From assembly GCA_036172245.1 (NCBI GenBank), contig JAYWIR010000004.1:868001-932000 (forward strand): a stretch of DNA of 64,000 nucleotides. Direction: 5' to 3'. Source of the DNA: Raillietiella orientalis. Its lineage: Eukaryota. Numbering within the stretch: the stretch's first letter is position 1; every line of letters begins with the position of its first letter. The position numbers and the translations under genes were made by a program. The notes beneath the pieces are model-generated. The model saw only the letters and a list, made by a program, of their open reading frames with translations. It had not been told where the DNA came from and made no database searches. Positions 52,038-64,000 of this stretch are shown in pieces.

Positions 52038-53949
52038 GAAGTCGGAGAAAAGGAGAATCATGCAGAGGATACACAAAGCCGATAAAGAGCCGCAGGATGC
52101 TATCAGCACCGCAGATGGAAAGCCGGGGACGCTGCTTGGCTGACAAGAGTGTTGGCTTCTTCAACATTCACCAGTCCATTCACGTCCGAAGGACTTTCGA
52201 GGCGAGTCGCCACCTTTGCATCCAAAGTCGGCCAAAAAGGCATTCACTGCTGCTGGCAGAAATACGTGCCTTCGTGTAAGGTTATCTCTGAATAGGCTGT
52301 GAACTCCTGACTCTGAAAACTTGTATCGCTAATGACGAATGGAACTCTTGAGAAGAACGATGGTTCAGAATAACCCAGTGAGAAGCTTGTTTGCCAACTC
52401 TGTCGTCCCGTATGGAAGGTTTGCGTCCCAGAGAGTGCTACAAGCTCACGTTTCCTCCATTGTATTCATCACTTTTTTTGAGCAATGAAGCAACTAGAGT
52501 TTCTTAAAAGACGTCTGCAGTCAGGATCCTGCATCCATAAGGGTGATGGATGTGAGTTCGATGTACGGGGTAGGCATGCAACTGAGCGATGACACATGTG
52601 CAACGATGAGTGTCAGAGATCTGTTCACTCTGAAGTTCCGGTTGAGCACAAGCACGGAAAAGCTGCCTCTTGCGCTCAAACAGTTCACCTCCAAGGGCGC
52701 TTTAAGGCGTCGAAAAGAGCTTCCGGCGCCATGTTAGATGTCAGTAATTGCCAGAAAGATTCGCCTCGCTATTTGGAATCCACGTTAGCGGTCATTGATT
52801 TTGTAAGTGGTATCCATGGGCATGAGCATGGTAACAGCCACAGAGCAGATACGCGCTGAGGTCAGAGCACCCAACTTTCGACAGTATCTGTTCTTGTGGG
52901 TTCAGTTTCTGCGATTTCAATTCAGTTTTCACGTGAATGGCAGGCAATTCATGACGGAGGCATGTCGATGAGAGCAGCTGTTTACTCCGTCGCGGGCAAA
53001 CAAAGGGTCCCGAAGGATGAGGCTGCAAGCGAGAATGAGGTCACGCCTACAACCCGAACGAACCTGCTCCCGTTTGATGTACACCGAAGCGTTTTTTTCC
53101 CTGCTAATTTGTTAAAAACGGATTCGCGTCCTAAAGCGAGCGTACGACCTGGCAGGAATCCTCAAGGGACCCTTTCCTTTGCAGTGCTCGGTGGAAACAG
53201 ACCCTCGGTACTTCACGCCCCACCTGGGATCCAGCTACGATTCGTCACGATCTTAACACGCTCAGCTGGGAAAGAAGCAATGCTAGCCAGTGGCCGCTCT
53301 GCAAGCTCAATCTCATCATGGCTACTTTTCACTGATATCCACACCACACGGAGGGGTGGAAATTCTTTTAATACGCAAAAGGGATGCCTAAATTCCGCTA
53401 CGTTTTTCCGGTTTCTATTGGATCCCCTTCCCTCTTAAACGGTTTGGTGGTAAAACCACGATCATTGTAAACATCACGAACGACCATTTCGGCTCAAAGA
53501 ATCGCACCATGTGAATGCCAATGGGAGATGAAAAGAAGGCTCTGCTCATCGAGCGAAGAGGCTCATCAGCAAAACGGAGACTGGCACCCCGGCAATCGCC
53601 ATCATCGCATCAGGAAAGTCGCCAGCTCATGGTGTCTCTGCGGCCGGTCACCTGAGCTGCTTCGGCATTGCTTCCTGGATTATTTCTTTCAAAGCTGAAA
53701 TGAGGTGGCGAATTTCTGGACTTGGCACACCGGGAGCAAGGGGATGGGAGGTCCTAGTCTTGCGGTTCCGCAGGAAGTGCAGACGCTGAAATGAGAACGG
53801 GAAAAAAAATGTAAAGGTGGGCAAGAAGAGGCACAGGTCAGTTTCGCGAGCCCAACCGTTTCGTCGAGACGACTCCCTCCATCCAAACCGCAGCGCACAT
53901 TTCGAAACCGAAAAAAGAAAAAAAAAAATGAGCTTCCCTTAATCGGGGG

Positions 53950-54960
53950 GGGAAGAAGGAGGATTCCAGCCCGAACGCGGTGACAAATCGAATTTCGCTG
54001 AAGCTTTTTATGCCGCGCGTGGTCTGCCGTGAGACCTGACTCTGATACTCGGGAACCGCGTCTCTGCTGACATGAGGCTCCTCTTGCAGCTCTCACTGCC
54101 CTTCCAAGTATGCTGGCAGAGGCACGACGAGGGGAAGCATATTCGGAAATTCCCTCTTGGGGAATATCCGAAGAGCACATTCTCAAGGAGTCCAATAGTA
54201 AGACGGATTCGAGGGAGCAGGGTATTCGTTTCAGCAGCAAGTGGTTCCTTGGGAGCAGGTCCTCGCAGACAGATGGGGAAGAGAGAGAGACTCGGTCCTG
54301 CTGCACCGCGGCACCGAAGACCGATAGGGCGATCAACACGCGTGCAGTCTGGTTGTCTTCTAAGCTCCGAAGTGTTTTCGAGAGATTTATTCCCCTCAGG
54401 GCAGATGGTACAAAGATGCCATCACTCTGAAGGAGGAAAAAAGAAAAAAATCCTTGAAATCCTCTATTTTCGGAAGGACTGTTGAAACTCCTCCGGATAC
54501 GGGAACGGTAACCGAAACGCGTGAAAATCGACTCCCGCGGGGGCAATCCTTGCCCGCCAATTGTTTGCCACGCACGAGTGCGATCGACATCGCTCCCCCT
54601 CTCTTCGTCCCTGTCGTCCTGTCTCCCCTGAACCGCCCGAGCGCGGCGAAGAATTTCCTTCTCTGGTTGCGCTTCTCTGGTTTCTTTCCCCGAGCTGGGA
54701 GAGGTGCCCCTCGTGTTGAAGTTTCCGGGGATATGGCCGCTGCGCGACCTGGTCGCACCCCAGGTAACCGTTTCCCCCTCGCCCCCCTGCTGCGGTGCGC
54801 GCGCCCTCTTCCCAAATCAAGCTACGGGGATTTGCGCATATCGTTGCCAGGATGGCCCGTCAGTGCGAAGAGTTGGAATCCTGAAAGTGCCGCTCTTCGG
54901 AAAGATTTTGGTCTCTGGCACGATCCTTGCTTCACGTTTTTACGAGCGAGCTGCCGATGG
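53950..54960 (-). mobile_element. Decayed Ty3/gypsy integrase remnant
   Basis: RIVPE, LTGHPGNDMRK (HxGHPG..MK), ESIFTRFGY...F..F...GI (IFxRFGxP core) and VLLL..R...SP...ILGRAVR appear in order. Confidence 0.58.
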
Positions 54961-55105
54961 CCTGTGGCGGCTGAGCCTGTTTGCTCTCGACCATCCTTAC
55001 TCCCCCCATATCTACTCCATTTTCCCTACCCCACTTGCCAAATTCTCACTGATGCATTGGAACAAGCTGCTACCTCTGTGTTCTACGAGCATAGGTCTGT
55101 TTTAG

Positions 55106-55306
55106 CTGTTTCGGTGTCGGTCGGGGTTTGGACATTGGTAGGCATTTCCCTCGAGAGGTACTTCGCTATCTGCAGACCTTTGACATCCCGGAGGTGGCAG
55201 ACCAGATCTCACGCTAGCAAAATCATCATCGGCATATGGATCATGACGCTAATTTTCAATGTTCCCACTTTCATTGTCAGCCGACTGGTTCCACTGAAGA
55301 ATTCGA
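55106..55306 (+). CDS. CCKLR: CCK/sulfakinin receptor exon 3 (TM3 with ERY, ICL2, TM4)
   Basis: TTTTAG acceptor in phase 1 (T+CT=Ser), encoding SVSVSVGVWTLVGISLERYFAICRPLTSRRWQTRSHA...IWIMTLIFNVP...LKNS. Donor is A|GTGAGT at 55307, with an alternative GTAAGT at 55311. Confidence 0.95.
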
Positions 55307-56195
55307 GTGAGTAAGTTTCTGTTATCATAAGTACGCCTGGGGGCATCACTGACTGATTCTGCCTTTTCGATCTATCCTCTACCCGAGACTCGCGTGTGCC
55401 TCAGAAACTCATGATCTTTCTGCAGCAGTTCTGATAACGTGCGTTCGAGCGGGGCGCCACACTCCTTTTACAAGCACCGGATAGGGGACTTGGAATAACA
55501 AAAAAGGACTCGGGTTTGGGAAGGAATATGCCGCTGTTTTTGTCACTTGCCTAGTGGGTAGGAGAGCCTCTCTGAGGCTCCGCGGGTTGAAGCTGCACCT
55601 TTCCTTGTTCTCGTCGACCAGTTTTCTTTCGCTTACCGTATTCTTCCCCTTCTTGTGTTTCCGGATCCCCCAAGAGTCGGGATGCGGCCCGATTCGTCAG
55701 TCGGCTACGGTTCTTGTCAGCCCTGTCGCGGTGCCGAGGCAGCCCCGCACCTGATCGACTTTCTGGCTTGCAAAAACCTTTCCAGCAGGAAGGAAGTTTT
55801 GTAGGACGAACTCGAAGGACGTCGGCTGCACGGGAAAGGAGACGTGCTGGCCATGTTCAGTTTCGAACTCGAAGCGATCTGAGCGTGCGGCTAAGTTATG
55901 CACCTGGACACCAATGCATCCATCAACTTAGCACTAATTAAAAGCCGATAAGCTCGAGCTGTCTCCAAAGGAACGGAAATGTTCCACTTCCTAACGAAGC
56001 CATCTTCTTTCCGTCTCTTTTTTCCATACGTGGAGTCCGCACCCCAAAAAAACTCCATGAGATGCCATGCGAGTGACCAGAAGCTAAGAATGCAAAAGGA
56101 GACCGAGTGCAACTTCCAAAATTCCAAAACATAGCAAGCCAGCAGAGTTTGGAGCTTCACCTTTCAATTCCATTTTTCCTGCCAATGTCTGATTC

Positions 56196-56382
56196 TCGTG
56201 CACACGCACACATCCGTATGCGTACGCATTCATAGGACCATGTGTACGGATGCATGCACATGATGTGCACACAATATCACAGGCACACACAACGCGCACG
56301 TATAGGTGGGTACATATACGTTTATGTATATGTACGCATAGGTACATATACATAAATGCGTACCGCTTGCAGGGTACGCATT
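56196..56382. repeat. Degenerate alternating purine-pyrimidine low-complexity tract (CA/TA/CG)
   Basis: gtgcacacgcacacatccgtatgcgtacgca...tacatatacgtttatgtatatgtacgcataggtacatatacata. Confidence 0.75.
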
Positions 56383-59300
56383 CATGTTTACTGTTTGCTA
56401 TATCTGTAAACTAGTCCTCGTTCTTTGATCGCACACATTCAGTGCTAGAGAGAGGAAGAGTCCTACATTACTTGTGTTTGCTGCTGAAGGATACACAGCG
56501 GAAGGCAGATGGCTAATCCATCAATTCAAGGAAAATAATCGGGTAATTTCCCTCGGAAACTTCCATATTCTGTTTTCATTTTGAGCTGCATTAAGGGTTT
56601 AGTTTGTAGATGAACGAATGCGTTCGTTGAAAGCATACAATCGTTAGGAAGCCTTGCTGGAGTGAACAAGATGCTTGTGTGGGTGCTCACAGCTAACTGA
56701 TGGACCTGCATAATTGATGGAAGCCTTCATGTATCGAAGAGCATCATAGTTTGATGAACGCGTTCTCAATGCGTTCTTGAATTTCGAAGGTCATGGAAAA
56801 AAAATTCACAGCTGCTCGCTCTCGGCTGTTTCCTTGAATTCATCTCTTAGCAAGCAGCTAGTGAATTCACAATCCGTGGAGCAACTGGTCCTCTGGTCCT
56901 CCATGTGATAGGTTCAGAGCACAGCGATAGAGAGAATCGCGAAGCAGAAACACAGGAAAATAGTTCTCCCTCCTAAAGACTTGTTGAAGGTGCGAACTCA
57001 CAAGCCCTTATGCGTTTTGGATCATCGTCATTAACCACTCCCCTTTTTCCACATATGAAAACAGTGCGTCTGCTTTTTGCTTAGAAACCATAGCGTTACG
57101 GAGGGAGCCAGCCTTCATTGAACGAACTGTCACTAAGGAATATCCCGAGTTATCGTGAAAGGCAAAAGCATCTGTGTGCCAAGCATCCAGCACCTCAACT
57201 AGCGTTTTCTAATTCAATATTTCAGTTAATGTGAAGCAGGAACGAATTTAGGAAGTCTCTTTTTTGCCTTTGATTGACGGGCATTTTGAGTGGCTAATTC
57301 ACCACAAGGGCAGAATCCAGTGCGAGAAGTTGGTCTTTGGACGTCCAGTTTCAAAGGAAACAATTTAATTAAGAAATTAGTATCATTGGCGATCGGTTTT
57401 GGTTAGCTGAGAGTCGATAGACTTCCGCCAACTCTTTATTGGTAGCTCTGGAGCCGTCAGGATATCAGTGAGTGAGTAGAATCCTGGAAGTGGAAATGAA
57501 GTTCCCTCATTCAAGCTAAGCAGCAATGAAAACAAATGTCTCATCTCCCTTGGGATAAAAGATTATTTACAGAAGCATGTGAGAGAAGATACCGCATTTA
57601 TCACACAGTGAAGCAGTTTTGCATCCCGAATGAAAACTCCCAGTTATTACAAAGCCTCTTGTTTCACAGAACATGTGATGTCCTTTCCTCCCTTAAGGTT
57701 GCTACTACAATATCCCTCCAGTGTATTCCCCACGTACCCATCTGTCTGCAGCTGTATGGTGAGCACTAAAGAAGAAGAACGGAAACACCTGGTTAGTCGG
57801 CACGCGAAAGCTCAGCCAAAGGGGAAGCAGGAAATTCTTCTGGGAAAAGCAGGACCCGAAGCGCCGCCGACAGGTCGCGCGAATGCACGCGTAAGAAGGT
57901 TTTTGTGCATCCTTTTGGGATACATGGAAAACTGTACCACAGAACTGCGAAATGAAACTTTGCCATCTTCCAAGTCATCTTGGGGGACAATACATAAGTA
58001 CCAAAAAGAGAGAGAAGAAAAAAGCCACCCCCATCGTAATAGGTTCCTTAGAGGTTGAAGGGTGTAAAGAGAACGTTGTTTAGGAGAATTCGCTTTGTAA
58101 TGGCTTATTTCTTCATCCTAGTTTATAGAATAGTAAGTACTAGGGAAAGGAAGGACTTGAGGAGCCCTTGAGCATTTTCGCAAAAAATGAAGACTCTTAA
58201 TAAATTTGATTTATCATCAAGGAGTCGTCTCCACTCGCTATAAATAACCAATTAGGAGGCATAAACATGTCCTTGCGGGGTACAAAAAAATGTCGCAAAG
58301 GATTCTCGGTGTATGAGATTTCAATAACCCTAATGGAGGCATCATTCGGACCTACGTATAAAACTGATTGATCATTAATATCCAGAAGAAGCAGCATTTG
58401 AGAGAAAGGGGTGCGGCTCGACTTGTGCACGGATTTGAAGGGTGTGGATGTGCTTCCATCTTGAGATAGAAGAAGAACCAAAATCGGAAACGTGGGGATC
58501 GACACGAAGAATTTGAAGGACTCTGCTAGCCATACGCATCTCTTCTCCTTATCACGTTATCCTACGAAGAGGAGTTTTGCATCCATGAATTAACTCCCTT
58601 TCATTCGAATGAGCATCCTTCCTTCCCCAAATAGTTTCTGGGAGCCTTTGCTTTTCGAATCATCTACGGTAAACCAGTTGGTCACCCAGAAACGAATTAT
58701 AACTTTGCACGGTTATTGGCAATTGGCGAACAGAAACAGTAAGACATTTGGATTGCTGGTACTTCTCCACCGCTGCTTGATCTTGTCTTTCGGTTCCGTG
58801 CTCTCGTGTTCCTTCACCAAGGCTCCACCTGCTCTAATCTGATGACATCCAAGAGTCATGTTTTATCGCAGTAGCAGAACTGCCACTCTTCTGCGCCTAT
58901 CGGATAAAATAGGCTTCGCCCCGGAATTCGTCATGGAGGAAATGCGAGGTCTTTGACGTATGTTGCCTGTGAAACTCGTCAAATAGAGACAGATCAACAG
59001 TGGCCTTTTCGTGCCATCCGATATCCTGATCTTGTACCTCCAGAATCTGTTTTTGCAGCACGTATGAGGGGTGATCGGAAAGCTCTGGTGCCTATCCTTC
59101 ATTTTGACGAATAGTGCGCGTGCAACGTTTCGTGATGTGTGTCCGTGTCTCCTAAGCGGCATTTTGCCTGGTCACGTGAGAATGGCCAACCTCTTGTCAA
59201 AAGCTGCTTTTGAACCCTTCGGCTGTATGGACGGATGAGCTTTGCTCAAACCTTCCCTGCCTGGAGACTATGATCACGAGCAGGATCAGTGAATCTCTCA

Positions 59301-59399
59301 GCTTCCTTCTTCTTTTCGATCTTGGACGGACATGGAAGGATCAGGTGATACCAGATCAGAACCTGAAGGGAGTGTCGTGCAACGAGAACTTAGTCAGAA

Positions 59400-60000
59400 A
59401 TACCATATCGGAGACAGATCCCGGCAATGTGAGGAGAGGAGGCCCTGACGGCTATCGGAACTTCCTCCCGACTGGGTTCCTTGGTGGAATCGAAACTTTT
59501 TCACAGATGGCCTGAAGAACTCATGGGAATAGAGGGTGGATTCCCTTTAGGATGGTTCCCTGTTAGATTTCGAAGAAGCTGAGCTTGCGTGTTCGGGATG
59601 TGGGCAAGTCACCCGAAGGCGGCTGGCTTGCCGACAACTACTTGACCACATTCCCGAGCACAGTCAAATTCCGTTGATGCTCTGACCTTCCAGCATTTCG
59701 GGATTAAGAAGTCGTTGTGACAGTGAGAGGACCCATTCGACGCATGGAAAGAAACCGAGGCGTTTCAAATTCTTTCGCGGGACAAGGTTTCTTCTGAAGA
59801 CACCTGTTCTTCCTCCTCTTTCCCGCAGGGAGAACTTGGAAGAGAAACTCCCCTTCCCCCTCCTCTTCTTTTCAGGTATGTTAGTGACCTTGGTGGTATT
59901 CGAGGTCCGTGCACTGATCGTCGGAAAGTGTGGATGGATACTCTTAATGATGGGTGGGTTCCTCAAGACCCACCTACTGTAGTGATGGAGAAAACCGAAT
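59400..60000 (+). mobile_element. Possible decayed non-LTR RT remnant (intron 3)
   Basis: GPDGY, GK...DNYL (NYRPI-like) and EVVVTVR...ME...GQGF appear in RT N-terminal order. Confidence 0.38.
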
Positions 60001-60897
60001 TCAGATTGCCTGATGATGGATGAACATGATGGGGAGGAGATGGGATTGGGAAAAGGGAGATGATGCACGGGTAACGAAAAGGACAGTTTTGGATCCCTTG
60101 AGAATTCACTTGATTGGCTCGAATGGATCGATATCTGGGAGTGGCTGACAACGGTTTCACACAAATGCCAAATTCTCTGGTGCAAAGGGTTGCCGATCTA
60201 TCCCCAGCCCCCAACACCATTTTTTTTTTTTTTTTGGAGATCTTCTTCGAAAACTTTTGGTTTATTGATGCAGGCACAGGTTTAAGAGCTCCGGATGCTC
60301 TCTGACCACGTAGGGAAGCAACTCTTTACTTCTCTAGGGTGTGGCACTTTCTCGATAACGGAGATCACCATTCACTCCCTAATGGTGAAGGAAGAGAGCG
60401 GCGCGAGTGCTCACTCCGGCAGCTCGACCGGATCCCCTGGCCATGGAACTTCTTTTTTTTTCTGAAAACAGTGGTGGTTTTAGTGCCACCGCTAGGGGGC
60501 GTGATATAAGGGAAGTGACCCAAAGTTTGTGTAGCCCCTTCCCCTCACCCATTGTTCCACCTCCATGAATGCGAGTCCTGCTTTACCCCAGTTGTCCGGG
60601 TAAGTCAGAACTCGCATTCTTTTCCCGGAGTGGGGCGACACTCCATGCTCGAACTTCAAAAGATGGTTCCAAAGCACAAAAAGTGGGAGGAAAGTAGGGG
60701 AGGAGAGAAAAGTGCACTTTTCTTTTCTCCCTCGACCCCCTTTTCTCCACTTTCTCCCTGCATCACTTTTTTCCTCCCCCTTTTCTACACATCCGCAAGG
60801 GGAAATGGACGCACAGAATTTCCGGGATTCCTTTCACGCTGCCTCCCCGTAGCCTTATCCCGCTATCACTTCCTCCTCCTCCTCCTCCTCCTCACAG

Positions 60898-61110
60898 TTT
60901 CTCAGACGCCGACCCATCATCCAGCCAGGTACAAGTGTCGTGAAGAATGGGACAGCATTTCCGGAGAGGTCACCTACAACCTGTTCCTGAACGCGGTACT
61001 CTTGATGGTGCCCCTCATCATCATGTCCTGCACCTACACGCTGATCGCCCTCAAGCTGTGGAGGGGCATGAAACAGGAGAAGTGGCTGGTGAAAAAAGGG
61101 TACATCTTCG
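60898..61110 (+). CDS. CCKLR: CCK/sulfakinin receptor exon 4 (ECL2, TM5, start of ICL3)
   Basis: A (CCT)n pyrimidine tract and CACAG acceptor, phase 1, precede ...YKCREEWDS...YNLFLNAVLLMVPLIIMSCTYTLIALKLWRGMK. Donor G|GTGAGG at 61111 avoids the stop at 61125. The 5' boundary could instead be 60925 or 60929. Confidence 0.88.
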
Positions 61111-61235
61111 GTGAGGACGAGGGATGAGCAAGAGGAGGAGGATGAAGAGGAGTGGGGTGGTCGGGTGGTGGGGAGGGGCACTGTAGCTTGTGGAGGAGGG
61201 CAAAGTCGCGCGGGCCCCCTTTATCTTCCTTCCAG

Positions 61236-61912
61236 GAAAGATCCCTCGCCGGTGGAAGCGCTACTCCGACCGGTCCGCTCTCACCACCTGCGGAGGTTGC
61301 GGCGGAGGCGGAGGGCAAGCGAGACCTCCTTCCGACCCAGCAGGAGTCCCACATTCCGACGCCTTGGTAGAGGTCAGGTTTCGAGAGCCCGGCAACGGAA
61401 GTGGTCTGGCGGCTCGGAGGGACCACCGACCTTCCTTGCTCAGAAGGACGACGGCGTCGGCGAGGACGTGGAAGTCTCGTCGCCTGGACATCCCTGCCCG
61501 CTCAACCATCCGAACTTCCAACACGGAGAGGAGCATCCAGGCGAAGAGGAAGGTCATCCAGATGCTCTTCGTAGTTGTGCTGGAGTTCTTCATCTGCTGG
61601 ACCCCTCTTCACGTGATGAACAGCCTCTTCATAGCAAAGCCCCAGGCGGTGTACCACACCCTGGGTACCACAGCCATCACCCTCATCCAGCTGTTGGCCT
61701 ACGTGTCCTCCTGCTGCAACCCCATCACCTACTGCCTGATGCACAGGAAGTTCCGGTCCGCCTTCCTCGAGACCGTGAAGTGCGGGAGGCTACGACGGTG
61801 CAGAGACCCCTCGGATCACTCGTTCGTTCTGCAGGACGCCAACAGCGCCTTCCGGGAAAGCGTGAGGAGCCGTCAGGTGCTTGCCCCTATAACCGCCTCT
61901 GCGCGGACCTAA
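61236..61912 (+). CDS. CCKLR: CCK/sulfakinin receptor exon 5 (ICL3, TM6, TM7, C-tail)
   Basis: Acceptor CTTCCTTCCAG, phase 1 (G+GA=Gly), follows a 125-nt intron. Encodes AKRKVIQMLFVVVLEFFICWTPLHVMN...LLAYVSSCCNPITYCLMHRKFRSAF (CWxP and NPxxY motifs). Stop TAA at 61910-61912. Confidence 0.9.
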
Positions 61913-64000
61913 AAAGGTCCTCCCTACCGCCCTCTTTGCCTCCCGACGTCCCGTCCCGCAGTGCGACCTTCACCCGGGTCCGTTCTGCATGCCGGTCGCT
62001 CCAGAAGGAAACGGGGCAGGCCCTCCCCGGTGGTGCTTGTGATGGCTGTGGCGGCAGCGAGGTCAGAGCTGAGGAGGCGGGGTGGCGGTGGCGCGACGGA
62101 CCGAGGAAGAAGGGGGGGCGCGCGTGCGCTTCCTCCAGCCTTTCTTTCTCTCCTCCTTCTTCCCTTTTCCGCACGCCGCCGCACCCGCTCCCGCAAAGTG
62201 CACGAGGAGGGACCCCTACTCGTAGGGGCCGTGGCAGAGGACCCTCTCATCTTGTTGCTCTCACGCTCTTTCGCGCTCCTAGCTCCTCCCCCTCTGAAGA
62301 AATACAGGAAAATACAGTTTCGTTGACCATGAGGTCTGGGATGCCATGATCACTCTTTAGAAGATGACCCCCAGCTCTTCTGTGGCTTCGCGTGTGAGGA
62401 AGGAGGCTCATCTCTTCCTTGCCAGGTTCCCCAGAAGGAGACACCTCCTTCCTCATTCCCCTCTCCTAGATCTCCTGCGTTTCCTCCGACGCGAGGGCAT
62501 GGTGCAGCGTCACGCTCCGGAAAGCCTCGCCTCTGCTGCTTGTGACGTTCTTCCCTGAAGGGGAAAAAGGGAGGGACGGGAAAGATCCCCGGAAGCGGAC
62601 TCATTGATCCGACTCTCCGCCAGAACTCCGGAGTTTCCCCTGACGAGAAAAAGCGCCGCTTCCTCGCCCGTCTTCTCCGCTTTGCTTGCTCCGGGAGAAA
62701 GCGCATCCCGTGGGAGGAAGAGGGCGCCCTTGTTTGTGGTCTGGAGGGGCCCTCGCCCTCTACTATCCTCGTCAGAGAGAAACTCGGGTTACTTTCCTTC
62801 GGACCTCTTTCCAGTTCTCTGTCGCTTGGAGCAGACTCGAGGAAGGGAGAGGAGCGAAGGAGGAAAGGAAGGGGTTTAAGAGGATTTCGCCGCACTCACG
62901 CCAGCAGTAGGGAGGAAAGCAGGACGAAGAAATCACGTGACAGCCAACAGAAGAAACCTGCTCCCTGCTCCCATTTTCGAGATCGCACCTGGGTGTACTT
63001 TTTTCTTTCATCTCCCACAAAACTGAACCGATCCGGGCAGACAGAGCAGATCATCTTTCATCTCACAACCCCATCTTCTCCTTGCTGACGGACCCCTTAT
63101 GACTCACGGAGCTGTTTTGGTGGCTCCGAGCATAGGCAGAAGGATCTTCGAAAGTTTAAAGACTGCTGGAGGCAAACAGTCACACATTGCTTTGTAGAAA
63201 ACTGCGCAAGAAATTTCTGCCGACGAAGGTCTCAACGAAAAGAGCTCTTAGAATGATGAAGGCATTGCTCACGCTTTCCGAGATTCCTTCCTGAAAGATG
63301 GAATCCTGTGATCCAGGATTAATAGTGGATTCAAGAGTCCACTAACCTTTTTGCAAGGACCATTCAAAATACTATAGAAGCTTTCTGAAATACTGACTAC
63401 CAAAAAGCTCCTTGAATTGCAGAGCTGAATCTTCACAGAATCCCCGCAAGAAAATTATCACTTCAGCACTCAGGCGGTCTCTCAGGACTGCATGTAACTG
63501 TTTATAGAGACTGTTTTCTTTCCATTTCGAAGTCAGCCGCCCACTTTTATTGAATGTCTCTGGTCTGAAGGCACCGTTCCTTCCAGACAGGAAAATAACT
63601 TTTCCGCCCCTCTGCATTGCCGCATCCGGACGACTGAGAAGGCTTCATCTCGAGAGATGAGTTCATCGGCATGCAGAACTGAACTTTGCCAGTAAACAGC
63701 GGGATCTAATCCATCATGGTGCAAATAAAGGAAAGTTTACGCACGGGAGTTGTAGGGCAGTGAAGATGCAGATCTTGCAGTGCGAGGAGAGCTCTTCAAA
63801 GAGCACAGACCTTCCAAGTTCTCAGGGGCTCTAGAGATTCCTCAGCCGACTTTTTGTTGGTACAAAATAAGAGGATAGAGAACAGAGCTTTCTAGACGAA
63901 TGTTGAGGTATGAGCACATCTCTTCTTATGTGAAGAAGACTCCGACACTTCCTGTCTGGGAAACCTACTGAATTTCCCAAAGCTTCTTTAGTAAACACCT

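Noticed and set aside
61111..62349. 412-aa ORF, the longest in the track
   Set aside because: It is an alternative frame overlapping GPCR exon 5 in GC-rich DNA, starts at the splice donor GTG, and has no recognisable domain.
1..64000. Prokaryotic systems (CRISPR arrays, operons, defence islands), rRNA or tRNA genes
   Set aside because: There are no regularly spaced repeats, no gene-dense ORFs and no recognisable structural RNA. The spliceosomal gene structure shows the DNA is eukaryotic.

Overview
This is eukaryotic, intron-rich invertebrate DNA (probably arthropod, judged from the receptor sequence), so most of the ORF track is spurious. One well-supported gene is present: a five-coding-exon rhodopsin-class GPCR of the cholecystokinin/sulfakinin receptor family on the + strand (about 18829-19224, 38509-38623, 55106-55306, 60898-61110, 61236-61912). 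All GT-AG junctions are phase-compatible, giving 1602 nt or about 533 aa. The upstream region and the large introns contain many heavily decayed transposable-element fossils, recognised by eye from residual motifs in the expected order: BEL/Pao LTR pieces, Ty3/gypsy pieces, non-LTR endonuclease/RT/zinc-finger pieces, a hAT (Buster-like) transposase and a piggyBac transposase. Superimposed on these are much younger local duplications: a ~550 bp inverted pair, a perfect 19-bp hairpin, and 70 bp and ~135 bp direct repeats. I found no convincing evidence of a wholly new biological system. The best leads are unusual receptor features, frame-compensating splice-site pairs, and the intronic long hairpin. 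TE boundaries are approximate and need HMM or tBLASTn confirmation.
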